Shown here: positions 1 through 12,600 of the stretch, piece by piece
Layout of the letters: every line of letters starts with the position of its first letter
How positions within the stretch are numbered: the first letter of the stretch is position 1
NCBI GenBank assembly: GCA_046563655.1
Contig: CM102290.1
Location: forward strand, 5,146,001-5,210,000
DNA length: 64,000 bases
Direction of reading: 5' to 3'
Origin: Yuukianura sp. NJ FZ-2021
Taxonomy: Eukaryota
Notes under the pieces: model-generated
Told to the model about the DNA's origin: nothing
The model's database searches: none
The model's input: only the letters and a program-made list of their open reading frames with translations
Position numbers and translations under genes: made by a program

Positions 1-1731
1 GCCAAAAATGAAAAATTGTTAAGCTTCTTCTGTTTCTTTTCCCATTGTTTTAATTCTGTGCCGGCCATGAATTACTAAATTCAAAAGAAAAATTCATTTA
101 AAAAAATAGTTACTTTTGGAATGGGAAACTAAGAAATTAAATTGGAAAGTTTTCAGTCTCTCTGCTGGATGCAAAAAAATATGAAAAAGTATATCTTCTC
201 TGCCATTTTTTCAGATAAAATGATATGAAAAAACTGAAAGCCTTGTTTAGAAAACGCAGAATTTCAATTTTCAATTTCATGTTTGTTACAACACTCATAT
301 TTCAATATAGCAACTTGACCCCGCGAGATCCAAAAGTCATTGACTTTGGCACAATAGAGACTTTTGCAAATTCGAGTCATTTGAATAATCCCTCTTCGAA
401 AAAAGGAAATTTCAATTTTCTGTTTACTATAGAATTCTATTCTGTGAACATACTGTGCAATCTAGTCAAAACCCAAAACAACAAATCTGTAACATGCAAA
501 ACTGTCACGCGGCAAAAAAAACTTCCAAAATTTTAGACTCAAAGTGCCCTATTGGTGAGTTTCAGATTTGCCAAATTTGTTGTGTCCACATTTGCGTTTG
601 CCAAATTTGTTCCAAATCACAACTGGAGTGGAATCAGCTTCTGCGAAGGAACGCAGCTTTGGGCAACGGGGGGAAAACTCAAAAACTCAGACTTTGTGAA
701 GTGGTGCTTCAAAGAAACCCAAAGTTCCACTCGCAGTTCTCGGTTCCACGTTGACTCAAACAGACGCTGTTCAAACAGGCGCTCTGTTTGAACATTTTCT
801 AAAAACAACCCAAATCCATACTGTTCTAAACGCTTTTTGTTGTTCTAAATTCTAACTTTTCAAAAATTAAACGATCCTTAAAATCTTCGACAGTGATGCC
901 CATATCTGCTTTTGAATTCACAAACTGCCCAACTCTGTTTTGAAAAATTCAAAATTTGGCTCCTGTCTGCCCAAATTTGGATGCTTGAAAGAGTGGAACG
1001 TGCCAAATGGATTGAAACGCCTGTTAGTCTCTCCAAGTTCAAAAAAATCAAAGTGTTAATGGTTTCACACGAGCTTCCAGTTGGCAAGTGACACATTTCA
1101 ACCCTCCGTGAAAAAGTAAGGAACGTGATCAAATCCAGTTGGGTTCATTTTGAGAAAAAAAAGTGATGGCAGAACAAGAACTGATGGAGGGAGTAACTAA
1201 TTTTTAGTCCGACTTTTGGAATCACTCTGCATGGTGTTATTTGAAAACTAGCTTTGTAGAAAATGGAAGTGAAAGTGTTTTCTCCAAAACCAAGTGATTT
1301 CTGATGTTCTAAATTTTGGTTTCAGTGAATCTCTCGGTAAGGTTTACTTTTGAATTTACAAAAGCTTAGAACTACTAATTGAAAACAGTTTTGGTTAGGT
1401 TAAGATTAAGTTAGGCTAAAAACCTAGCCTACGCTAGGCTTCCAGAAAACGTCTCCAGTGTTCCAGGAACTCCATTTCATTTAAAAAGAACTGTTTTGGG
1501 GGGAAAATTCAAATTTGGAGGTACGCGTGAAGCCTGTTTGTACAAAAACTCATTTTCATAATTAGCAACTTTCACCGTCTGACTTTCTCCGCGCGCCACG
1601 TTCAAAATGTCCAATTTTGGACAAGGGAAGCTAAACTGCAAATTGAATTTTCAAAACATCTCTTGAACAAAACTTTCGACTTTTCAAAAGTTTGGGTAAA
1701 GCTGACACCACTTTTTGAAATTTATAAACAT

Positions 1732-1958
1732 CAAGGTTTCTATAGCAACGGTTGCTTCATAAGGTTAAGCAATAAGTCTTGTTTTCCAAAAATCTCGCTC
1801 CAAACTTTTTTCCACCCACGTTTCACCCAGAGTGAATCAGAGTGAATGTCTTGCCGTGATGTTCTTTCATTTTTGCAATTTTGGAAGGAAAAATATAAAA
1901 ACCGAGGTATTGCTTAACCTTATGAAGCAACAACTATTCCGTTGCTATAGAAACCTTG
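1732..1958. mobile_element. MITE with CAAGG..CCTTG termini and 8-bp TSD (P- or hAT-like)
   Basis: Perfect 20-bp TIR CAAGGTTTCTATAGCAACGG plus an inner 23-bp IR. TSD ATAAACAT at 1724-1731 and 1959-1966. Confidence 0.9.
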
Positions 1959-4645
1959 ATAAACATCTTCTTTTGAAAATTTTTTGGATACGTTGTTTCT
2001 TAAAAAATTGAGCATGAAAATGCTTTTGTGTTGTTAAAAGATGAAAGATCACAAAGAAATGAGGATGGATGAACAGAAATATTATGAAGAATTGTCTTCG
2101 AAAAAGTGTCAACTTTTTCAAACATTCTAAAACGGAGCTTCTTCTTACAAACTAAAGACTTTTATTTTTGAAAGTTCCCTCTAAAAGGTTTGACATTTTT
2201 TTGTTCAATTTGGCTTTTGAAAAACAGCAGGAGGGAAATTTTGAATGGAAGGAAAATGTAGTTTACCTACAGCAAAGGACGTTCAATTTTAAAACGAAAA
2301 TGGGCTTTGACGAGTCTATTTAAAGTCAACTTTTTTGGTTTCTACAAAACAGTTTAAAAATCAATTTGGAAAATTAGGTTCCAGAAATAGCAAGTTTCAA
2401 ATTTTAAAAACTCATTTGCAGTGTAAATTTGTGAAAATTGAAAAAATAAACGACGCCCGTTAGAGTTTAAACACGATTATTTTTGGGATTAAACTATATA
2501 AATGTGCAAAAACTGTAACTTGATTTTTTTTTAACATTTTGTGTCATAAATAAAGTTGTTGGTTGAGATGTTTCTGGACAACCAAAATTTGAATAAAGCC
2601 TTTTTTGAAAAAAATTTCCAGTTGACCGCAAAAAAAATGGAAGTTTTTAAAAGGATTTAAAAAGTTGTTTGGTCAACTTTAACAATTTTATGACTTAACC
2701 AAAGCCCTAAAACAAAAACGAGTTTTGATGTCTTCTTTTTGTCCTTGTCGACATATTTGTCCATCGACTATTTCGTCTTTCTCTGTCTTTGTCGTTGTGT
2801 CCAAAACAAATCAAGCGTAATATAATTAACAGCGTTTCAAAAAAAGTTGACCAAAACGCAGTTTGTCCAAAATTACGAAAATTTTATTTGTGTTGTTCAA
2901 AATTGTTCAAAATCACGCAAAGTTTTACCACACCACTTTGACAAAACAACAATTTTCCACTTCCTTTTTCATTTGACACTAAAAGAAATTTACAGCTCCA
3001 ACTTTTTTCCAAACTTTTTTTTTCACCACTTTCAAGCTAAAGATCTCTCAACACTAAACTGCCAATTTTCGGGTTTTAAGAGTTTCTTTCATGATGATCT
3101 CTTTTTTACAGAGTTGAACAAAAAACTAAAAAGTGGAAACTTTTTTCATAAAAATGAGGTTTCATTGAAATGCTAAGGAGTTGGAGTGACCGTTGACCTG
3201 TCGTGACCTCTGCTGTGTGTCAACTCAAGTGTAAAAGTGTGTTAGGAATGTATAATTGGAATCTGTGACAGAGTCTGAATAACTTTCTTGGGAAATCATT
3301 GTCATCCCGCGCCTTACAAAATCTTCAAGTATCCAGTTCTCCACTTTTCCTCTACTTTTTGAAGATGAGAACTCTAGATAGTGTCAAGGGATAGAAGAAC
3401 AGACAAAAGTGCTTCAGAGACTGACAACGACCAAGGAAAAACAATTATTTTCAAAAAACGACTTTCTGGAACTAGTAAGAAAAAATTTAGAAACGGAAAA
3501 AAAATTTGGTCCGGATTTTATCCGGCTGAGATAAAATCACAATCTCCTCACTTTGACTGGTTTAGCGGAGAAGCAAAAAGAAAAAGTTGAAGAATTTTAT
3601 TTTTTGTTTACATGACTTCTTTTTCAAATTGTTTCAAATTTTGTGTAAAGTGGATTCAAGGTGTGAAAGTTCACACCTTAAGTAATTAGTAAAAGATAAA
3701 GAAGTGGGAGGGAGTAAGTACATAAGCGTTGATCATCCATCTTCATCAGTCACTTTGAAGAAAAAAGGCGAAGGTTTTGAAATTTTTCATCCTAAAATCT
3801 ATTTTTGAAAGAAATACAACTTTTTTCTTTAACTTTTTTTAAATTTGGAGTTTTTTGAGGTTCCTTTTTTTTGAACATAATGAAAAAAATTTGGAAAAAA
3901 AAAGTTTTTGTGGCATTTTTCCTGCTTTTAGTCACGCCGTAAAGAGCCTCTGATTGATGAACTTTTGAACGCCCTTTGCATCCGGCATTTTGAATTACAG
4001 GCGGTTCCACTTTTTCGCGCCTTTGCAAATTCTCCAAATTTGGAAATTGCAAATTCAGAAAAGTGCAAATTTGGCAACTCCAAAATTGGGAAAGTTAAAA
4101 AACGGCTTGAGGTTCTTTTTTTTTGGAATTGGAAATGTCAGGAATGCTGCCATTTGGATTAGAATTTGTGTGGTTTCGTCTCTGTCTGTCTCAAAACCTT
4201 TAGAAAAGACGTGGGTTATTTGAAAATGGCGGGAATGTTTGAAATTGAAGCAGGAGGTCTTAAGTTGACATGATAAATTAATTTGAGTCTACTTTTGGTT
4301 AGATTATCTGATTGTGCTTCTCTGGTTAAAAGTAAAGTAGGAGTTAATGACGGGTGTTGTCAGTGAGGCTGTCAGTGAAAAAATAACAATTAATTCCTGC
4401 CAAAACCCAGAACATTTCAAATTCTCCAAACTAACACTTCACGTTGTGGGTTTTTCAAAATAAGTTCCAGCAGGATTTCATTCCTGGCGTGCTGTTTCGA
4501 AATTCCCAACTTTGTTTTTTTTTTTCGTACAGATTTGAATTTTTTCGAAAGTGAAACATTTTTTCAACGCGAGTTTTCCCGGGAGAAAATCGGGGGGAAA
4601 TGATAGACTCTCTTGGGAAATGATTTGAAGTGGCTCAAGAACAAC

Positions 4646-4767
4646 AAAGTTTATGCCCAACTCTGCTTTGTAACTTCACCAAAGTTATGCCCAACTCTGT
4701 TTTGTAACTTCACCAAAGTTATGCCCAACTCTGTTGAAAACAGGCGAAAAGTTATGTCCTACTCTGT
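4646..4767. repeat. 34-bp tandem repeat, ~3.5 copies, decaying
   Basis: Unit AAAGTTATGCCCAACTCTG(C/T)TTTGTAACTTCACC. Confidence 0.85.
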
Positions 4768-6609
4768 CTTAAGAAGCTTAAGCTCCAAATTAGCCTCCCT
4801 AATTTATTTCCCCACACAACTTTTTCTCTACTTAAGCTTTTTAATTATGGTTTTCCTCATTTTAGAATTCTCAAAAAAAATATTTTTTTTTAGAAAAACG
4901 AACGATGAGGGGCTAAAGATCTTAAGGAGAAAGAAAAACATGTTAACTACCGTAAAATGAAACCTAATGAACCGTTTTTCTTTTCAAAAGATTTATTTGC
5001 CCAGAAAAAAAAAATTGTTTTTCGAATAAAAAAAAACAAAAAACATTTTTTTTAAAGTGCAAAAGTTCTTTTAAAAAAAATTTAAAAACCTCGCGTCTAA
5101 TAAAACGTAAATGTCAATTGAATTTTTTTTCGAAACTCATTTTTTCTTAAAAAGTAGGAAAGTTCCAAGTATGAAATTGACATTTTGAATTTTTTTTTTC
5201 GGATTTTAAATTTTTCCGCGTTCCTGACCACGTCCCGCCTCTGGACAGGAAATGAGACGTATGATGAGGAATTCCGGTTACAAATGGGCAATTTCCCGCT
5301 CTTTTTTTTCCAAATGCGGCACACACCTCTACTTTCACTTTTTTCAAAAAACCCGGGTTTTGCTCTAAAAAAGTGGGCCTAAGGTGAACCAGCACCCAGG
5401 CATAACCCTACTTTAGCATAAAAATGAGCCCAATTTTGACTGTTTGTAATGGGCGGGAGGGAGCGGTAGTGAAAGTGGTTGGAGCGGGATCGCTCCCGCT
5501 CACGATTTTTAGCCAAAGGAGCGGAGCGGTTATTGTTACGATGTATATAAACAAGAATTATGTATAACGAGCACATAAATTGGGTCTCTGTTGGACGAAA
5601 CGGAAAGAGAGTTCCAGTGGCGGGAAGTTTTTGGGGAGCATTACATGTAATAATAATAACATTTTGAAATTAAACTTTCCCGCAAAAACTTTTACCAGAA
5701 AAGAGGAAATGGTAACGACAGGAACTTAGAAGAGCCATCTTTGCCTTTCTTCAACTTTCCTCTGCTCCGTTTGTGGCCACTTTGACCTTTGACCTCTCCG
5801 CTTCTAAACCAATTCAATAATGGAAATAATGGCAGCAGTATTCCAACTTTTGAAAAAAAAAATTTAAAGGAAAAGTTCATCACTTGTAGTTAAAATTGTA
5901 CATAAATTTTGAGAATTTGCAAATAAAAGTTGTAAAACCGTCACAGGAGACTGAGATCATAAACAGTTTTAACAAAAATGGCGAAACCACTTTTGCCGAA
6001 TTGGATTTCATCGAATTTTTTTTAATTTAGTTTTGGATATGCTGATTTCAGGTTGTGATTGTATGGAAGCGTAGCGTATTAATTTTTACAAGTAAAAAGA
6101 GAAGTCGAAGGGCCCACCCGGAGGAGCCCTTGAAGATCATTTTTTGACACTTGTTTAAGAGCGTAATTTATGAGGGTAGTAAAAGAAAGGGGTTGACTAA
6201 TAACTTCATATTTTAGAAAACAAGCAATGGGCGGGGAGCCCTTAACCATTTATTTAAGGAACATCAAACAGCCCTTAAGGCATCTCAGAACATTAGGCCA
6301 TGTGCTCAATGTCGATACAATTTTCCAATTTCTCAAAATTTCACTTCAGGCTAAAGAACTAAAGAGGAAGGAAAAACTAAGACAAAATGTTAAAGAATTT
6401 CGTTTTTTGAAAAAATGTTTTTCAAACGGAGTTTTTGCTGTGGAAAATTTGAAAAACTTTGAGTGTTTAAGTGTTTCTTGTCCGAGTGATTGGAGGTGAT
6501 AAGAAGGAACAATGGAAGGTGACTGTTTGTGGAAGGACTTGTCTCACCTTAAGGGACTTGAGAGGGGGGACTTAAGGGTCAGTTGATTAATGCCTGTGTC
6601 TCTTCTAGA

Positions 6610-9600
6610 ATGGCCCTGGCACTCTTTGTCTCCAGTATCATCTTCATCTCGTCTCTCGCAACCACTCACTCAGATGCGGGACTTCGAGGTAAGGGCTCAT
6701 TTCGTCCCTTAATTTTTTCTTAGATTTTTAGATTTTCTTTACATTTCTAGATTTTTTTTTTAGATTTTTCTCCAGAAAGTCCGGTATAAAAGTGAGCATG
6801 ATCTAAGTCCAAAGTGTGACTTTGAACCCGAAAAAGTCAAATTTTGAAAACAAATTTTGAAAAAACAGATTTGTCAAAAAATTAGAAATCAGAAATGACC
6901 TTTGACCCCCCAGAGAAACAGGGACAGTCACCACCCAGAATGGTCTCACTAAAACTCGGAATCCCACGAAACATAAATCCAACGTCATTTGAATAGTCAA
7001 TAGAACTAGAACATTGTTCTTGGTAGGTAAAGAAGGGGGGGGGGCCTTGGAAGCTTCTTCCAAGGGCCCCCCTCTCCTATTGTTCCTATTGTCCTGTCTG
7101 ATCTGTTGCTCATCCTTAAGTGTTCTACTGAGGAGTTAGGAGGGGACTTAAGGGTCTGTCCCATGATGCGATGCAGGAACTGTAAAGGTACCCTCCGCAG
7201 TGGTCCATTGTCTCCTTCAATGACTCTCTTGAGTCAATTCTTAATTCTTGACATTTATTTGACTCTTTTCAAAATAAGGACGGGGGTACTTCGCCCCCTC
7301 CATTCTGAACAAAATCAATCACAGTGGGCCCTCAGAAGTGGCCCTTTGTCACTTCTCAAGGGTCCCCACATTCTTCTCACCACAGAGACAGACAGACACT
7401 CGACCTTAATTTTTTTTTAGTTTAGAAACATGAAAAAGCTTTTCTTGATTTTAGAAATTGGGCCAAAGTTGCATAACTTTTGTAACTTTCATGAAGCAGC
7501 AGCAGATGATACACTTTTTGAAAAATCTGTGTTCTAAAATTTTTTTGTTCTAACGAACCCTGTTTGAACAAGCATCGACTGCTTCAATTGATTCAGAATC
7601 TGTCATCTGTGGCCGGTGGGCATTCGGTGGGGTAGAAATGGCGGGGCAATTCAAAAATCCGAAAAAAGATACATGTCACTTGTGTAGATTCAGCTTTGTC
7701 CCCAGTCTTTGTTTGAATTTTTGTTCAAATGGGAGTTTGTGAACCACAATAATCATGGCAGCTGCCCCTTGTCAATTAATTGTTCAAAGGCATCGGTTGC
7801 CATAGCAACCGATTGATCTCGCATGCTCCCTCCCTCTCAGTTCCGTTCACCCCCCACCCCCCGGGAGACCGCTCAAAGAACAATACCCAATGCAGATTTC
7901 AATTAAGATTGAAACGTTCTCCCCCTCCTCCCGTTTTCACTGGACAAGAACAAATTGAGTAATTACAAATTGAGTTCTCCAAAAATTCCAATTTCCATTT
8001 TCAAAATATCCAATTTCTTTTGAAATTTTGAAAAAATGGTTGTCTGCCCCCCCCCCCCCTCACAAAGTAGGGGGGGGGTGGATTTTGAGCGTTAATTAAG
8101 TGAGTTTATGAAATTCCCCGTGGGAAGAGAGGATTTTGGAAGATCCAGGCAGACGATGAAGGATTTGTCGCTGTCTTTTCTAAATATTAAATTAAACAAC
8201 AGTTTCCCTACTCATGACCGGAGAGTTCTGGACGGAAATTAATGGACGACATGTTGCAATGGACGGAATTCGTCCTATTCCGTCCGCAAGAGTCCGTCAA
8301 TGGCTGTCCCAGAACCCCTCGAGGCATTATCCTCTGTCTCTCCTGTGTTTTGATGATTATTCAGTGGAGAAAGTGAAAGTGATGATGAGGATGATGGTGT
8401 GTCATGTCAACGGAACATCCAAGGCCTTTCAATTTTTGAAATCCATAGCCTTAAGTCTCTTCGTCACTCTACAAATAAGGGGGAGCATGGGGCAATTTTT
8501 CAAAGTTGGAGAAAGCAGAGGGAAAAGCGCGCTTTTTTGAAAGTGGGGGAAAGTGAACCAGAGAAGATAAAAGAGAAAAAAGTTATCAAAAAGAGATTTG
8601 TCATTTGAGGGGGAAATACACACTTCCTGGGAGCTATTGAAAGGAAATAAAATTTTCAATTTTTTTTTGAAAATAAATTTTTTGATTTTGCAGGTCCACC
8701 GCACGTTACGAGTGAAATGCCGACCAGTTACCGTGCCAAGGTCGGTGAAACGGTACGGCTCGACTGTCCCATCGACTCCGGTCCGACACTTCAAGTTTAC
8801 TATGAATGGAAAAAGGTACTTTTTCAAAAAACATTTTGAAAAGTTGAAAAAATACATTTACAAAAGTTTCAAAAAAGGCAGGTCAAGAGGTCACTTTGAG
8901 TTGCTGACAGTTTGAGGCTCTTTTGGATTTAAGACAGTTGTTTTTTGAAGAATCGGGGAGTACTTAAGGGCTCCCTTGCGTAAATAGAGTATGGGGGACT
9001 TTGCTGTGTCTGTAAAAGGGAAAGTGGAGGTGACGAGTGATTGAGTGACTGGTGGAAGAAGACGCAAAGGAAAATATTGATTCAGATGAGCTTAGTTTTG
9101 GTAGAAATGTAAATAGTTTTAGTCCCTCCGACTCCAACGTAGCTCCAGTTTCACCTACTGTCCCTTTGGACTATGTTCAAACACGGTTGCTTTTTCACAT
9201 TTCTCAACTGGAAATTGGAGAAGCCTTTCCATACAAACCTGAAAATCTAGTCAAATTCTAAAGAAAAGTTCCAATTTCCAGAAAATGTGTTGATTCTTTG
9301 ATTTTGAATTGTGTGCGTGGTGGACTTAGGATGGGGAGACCATAACGTCGGCCTGGGATCGCTTCCGCCTCACGCCAAAAAAATTGCGGATCAAAGCTCT
9401 ACTTCCAGAAGACGGTGGTTTGTACCAATGCAAAGGCACAAATGGATTCGGAAGTAAACAGTTGTCTACTCGCCTCATTGTACAAGGTAAGCAAACCACT
9501 ATTTGCAAAACAATTTGTGCAAAAAACAATTTTTTTGCAAAAAAAAAAAGAAATTAGATTTCAATGTTGACAATTGAAAAATACAGAGCATACATTGGGA

Positions 9601-12600
9601 GGACTCACATTACGTGAGAGACAAAAAATGGCATTCGAAAAAAATAAAGAACCCAGTTTGACTCGAACCCACATCGCTTCAATTCGAGAAGAGCTCTAAC
9701 CCTTGAGCTATCAGACTCCCAAACGCTGCAAAATAAGAATACACTTTTTTTCTCTTCAATGATTACTTTAATCTTCAATTGAATGGAATTGAAGAACAAT
9801 TGACCCTTGACCTAATTTCATGCAATTGATTTGGACCAATTGACTTCAAGAGGGCAATGACCCCTGAAAACTTTTTTAAAAAATGGTAGAGTATGGTTAA
9901 AAAACAAAGGTTTTGAAATTACAAAATTTTGAAACCAGTATCTTTGTCTCAAAATTTTGTAATTATAAAAGTTGTTTGATCTTTGCTATTCTTTGCGCAT
10001 GATCATAAACAAGTTTGAGCCGACTAAAGTCCATAACATTTGGCGGGAAAGTTTGAAGTTGTAAAAGTCTATTGTGTCTCTATCACTTTCCCGCTTTTTT
10101 TTTTGGGTGCAAATGTTATTCTGGGTTGTTGGAGAAATCGTGACTGGAAGGCGAAAGAGCGGCTTTGCGAACATTATCATTTTCTTCAAATGTCTCCTTT
10201 CTTACAACAACCAAAAGCTTACAGCTTAGCAACATCAGTCCCATTTCTCATGCGCACAACTCTGTTCAAACAGAGCTCAATTGTTTATTTTAGAAAACAA
10301 CCATTTTCAAAGTAACTCGAAAACCACACAATTAAAACGCAATTTCAAAACAAAGTGATCCCAAGTTTCCAGAATTTATTGAAAAAAGATAAAAATAGAC
10401 CAATGTTTTGTCTACGAGTGGCGAACCGGTGGAGTTTAGACAAAAACAAAATTTTCGAAGTTTTTGAATTTTTTTTGTAAATTTGAAATTTTGGAAACTG
10501 GCGTTGAAGGAAAGGGTTAAGTGAGATGGAGAAAGTTGCTTTTGCTTCTTCCCCTTGCTTTTCCTGGAGGTTTCCAGCTGCTTCTGTTCCCAGAACAAGA
10601 TTTTTTACATGGCTGGGCACAGAGATGTTCCTGGAAGAGTCTTTGTCTTTCAATGTCGCTCAAATGTCGCCAGCAACGAGGCGACATTGTCGACTTCATC
10701 CCCTCAACCTCCATCATCTTCCTTTAAACTTTCAAATTCTCCCTCCAAATTCCTTCAAGTGTCAACTCCGTCTTCCAGGACGGAATTTTTAAATGATTAA
10801 TGAGAACCTCACCCTACAAACTTTTTTTTTTTGAAAATCCACTTTTAGGCTTGTATATTTTAAAATGTTTGAAACTTCGCGCCAGGTAGAAGTCAGGTTT
10901 ACAAAACCACTTTCAAAAAATATTTTTGCTTTTTGGAAACACTAAAGTTAATTTTTTTAAAGGTCATTGACCTCTGAGGTCATTCTGTACTTGAATTGTT
11001 TTAAAGCCTCAACTTTTGTAAACTTAACAATAAAGTAATGTAAAGTGAAAGTTTTTAGATGCGGCGGTTGTTTTCAAAATGCTTTCTCTTTTACAGCCAC
11101 CAATCAGATCCTTCCATCGACTCAAAGGCTACACAAATTAGAAAAAAAAACATTTTGGTTAAAAGCTTAGAAATTATTATCGTTATCGCTTGACGTTTTA
11201 CCACCAAAAAATTTTACAATGGATTTCTTTTTGAAATTCTCAGCAAAGTAGAGAAATCATAATCAAGATTCATATAATCGTAAACCAGACTTTTTAAAAT
11301 CATTAACTTTAAGATTTTCGATTTTTTTCTTATAAAAAAATTGAAATTTTGGAAAAGGTTTGCACTTTTTGCTTTTTTTTTTTTGAGAAAAGAGAAAAGT
11401 GTGAATCTGGATTTACATAATAAATAACAAACCTCCGGGAATGGAAGTGCTTTGCCCTGCTTCAAGGCAAAGCGAGAGAGAGTCACTTCATTTAATGGAA
11501 CTTTCAAAAAAGCCCGCTCTACTTTGAAAAAAAAATGTGAAACAAAAAAAAAACTTTCATCTTCAAAGCCTTTCATTTTTTGATTAAGTTCTCCCACTTT
11601 TCCCGTTTTTTCAAACTCACGAATATCGTTACGACCCTCCGGTGATTTTTTCCTATTTCCAATTTTCACAATTCCGTTTTTCAGTTTACTTAAAAAAATA
11701 AGGAGCAAAATGTAATAATTTGAAAATACTCAAGACAAACTTTCTTGAAAAATGAAAAACAAATAATGACTATCAACTTAGTTTTTTGAAAAGTGGAAAA
11801 GTCGTGAGTTGAATTTGATAAAAAGTAGATTTGGAAAGTGCTGACTGAAGGACTTTTTTTGAAATAGAAAGACAAAAGGGGGGACGTTGGTGGTGAAAGC
11901 AGAAGTGAAAGTTGATTAGTCTGAGTCTATTGGATTATTGGTTCTTGTGCACAGGAGAGATATGACGACAGTCCAAGTCTTTTCAGGAACCAACAAATCC
12001 ACCTTCACTTTTGTCCAGTCTTGGGCTGCTCACATTTTACGTCATCAATAAAAGAGGGGGGGGGGGGGTTGGGTGGGTCTCGAGGGTGGATTACCCTTCA
12101 AACAATAAAAAAAATCTATTTTTTTAAACAATTTTTTTAAGCAAAATTATAGATTTTTTTTGAAAGTTTAAAAATTGTAAGTGGGTGAATGGGTAATTGT
12201 TCGTGACGTACTTTGTGAACAATTTTCAATGGGTAATTGTTGGTGACGTACTATGTGAACAATTCAGTTTCGATATGTGATTGTTCGTCACATAGTTTGT
12301 GGACAATCTAGTTTCGATGGGTAATTTTTGATGACGTACTATGTGCACAGTCCATTTCGCCTGTTTAGAAGCCATATCACACCAACTTTCCCTGAAAGGA
12401 AACAATTCGGACCGACTTTAATTCAAAATCAATTTTTTAGGTTCATTTTCAGTTAGGCTAACCTAATCTAAAAGTTAGGCTAAGTTCGTATGCCTTAGAA
12501 ACCTAAGCTTTAGGAGGTCAGGTTCTGGATTAGGTTAGTTAGGCCAGCAGATTTAGGATTTTCGTAGATTTAGACTTGGGATAAGCTGTGACATGGAACT

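Noticed and set aside
225..6500. Numerous 60-115-aa ORFs rich in F, K and N
   Set aside because: Their composition reflects A/T homopolymers. I found no domains or coherent splice structure.
9649..9718. Functional tRNA-Phe gene
   Set aside because: The T-stem is mismatched, the anticodon loop is non-canonical and the acceptor spacing is irregular. Kept only as a relic.
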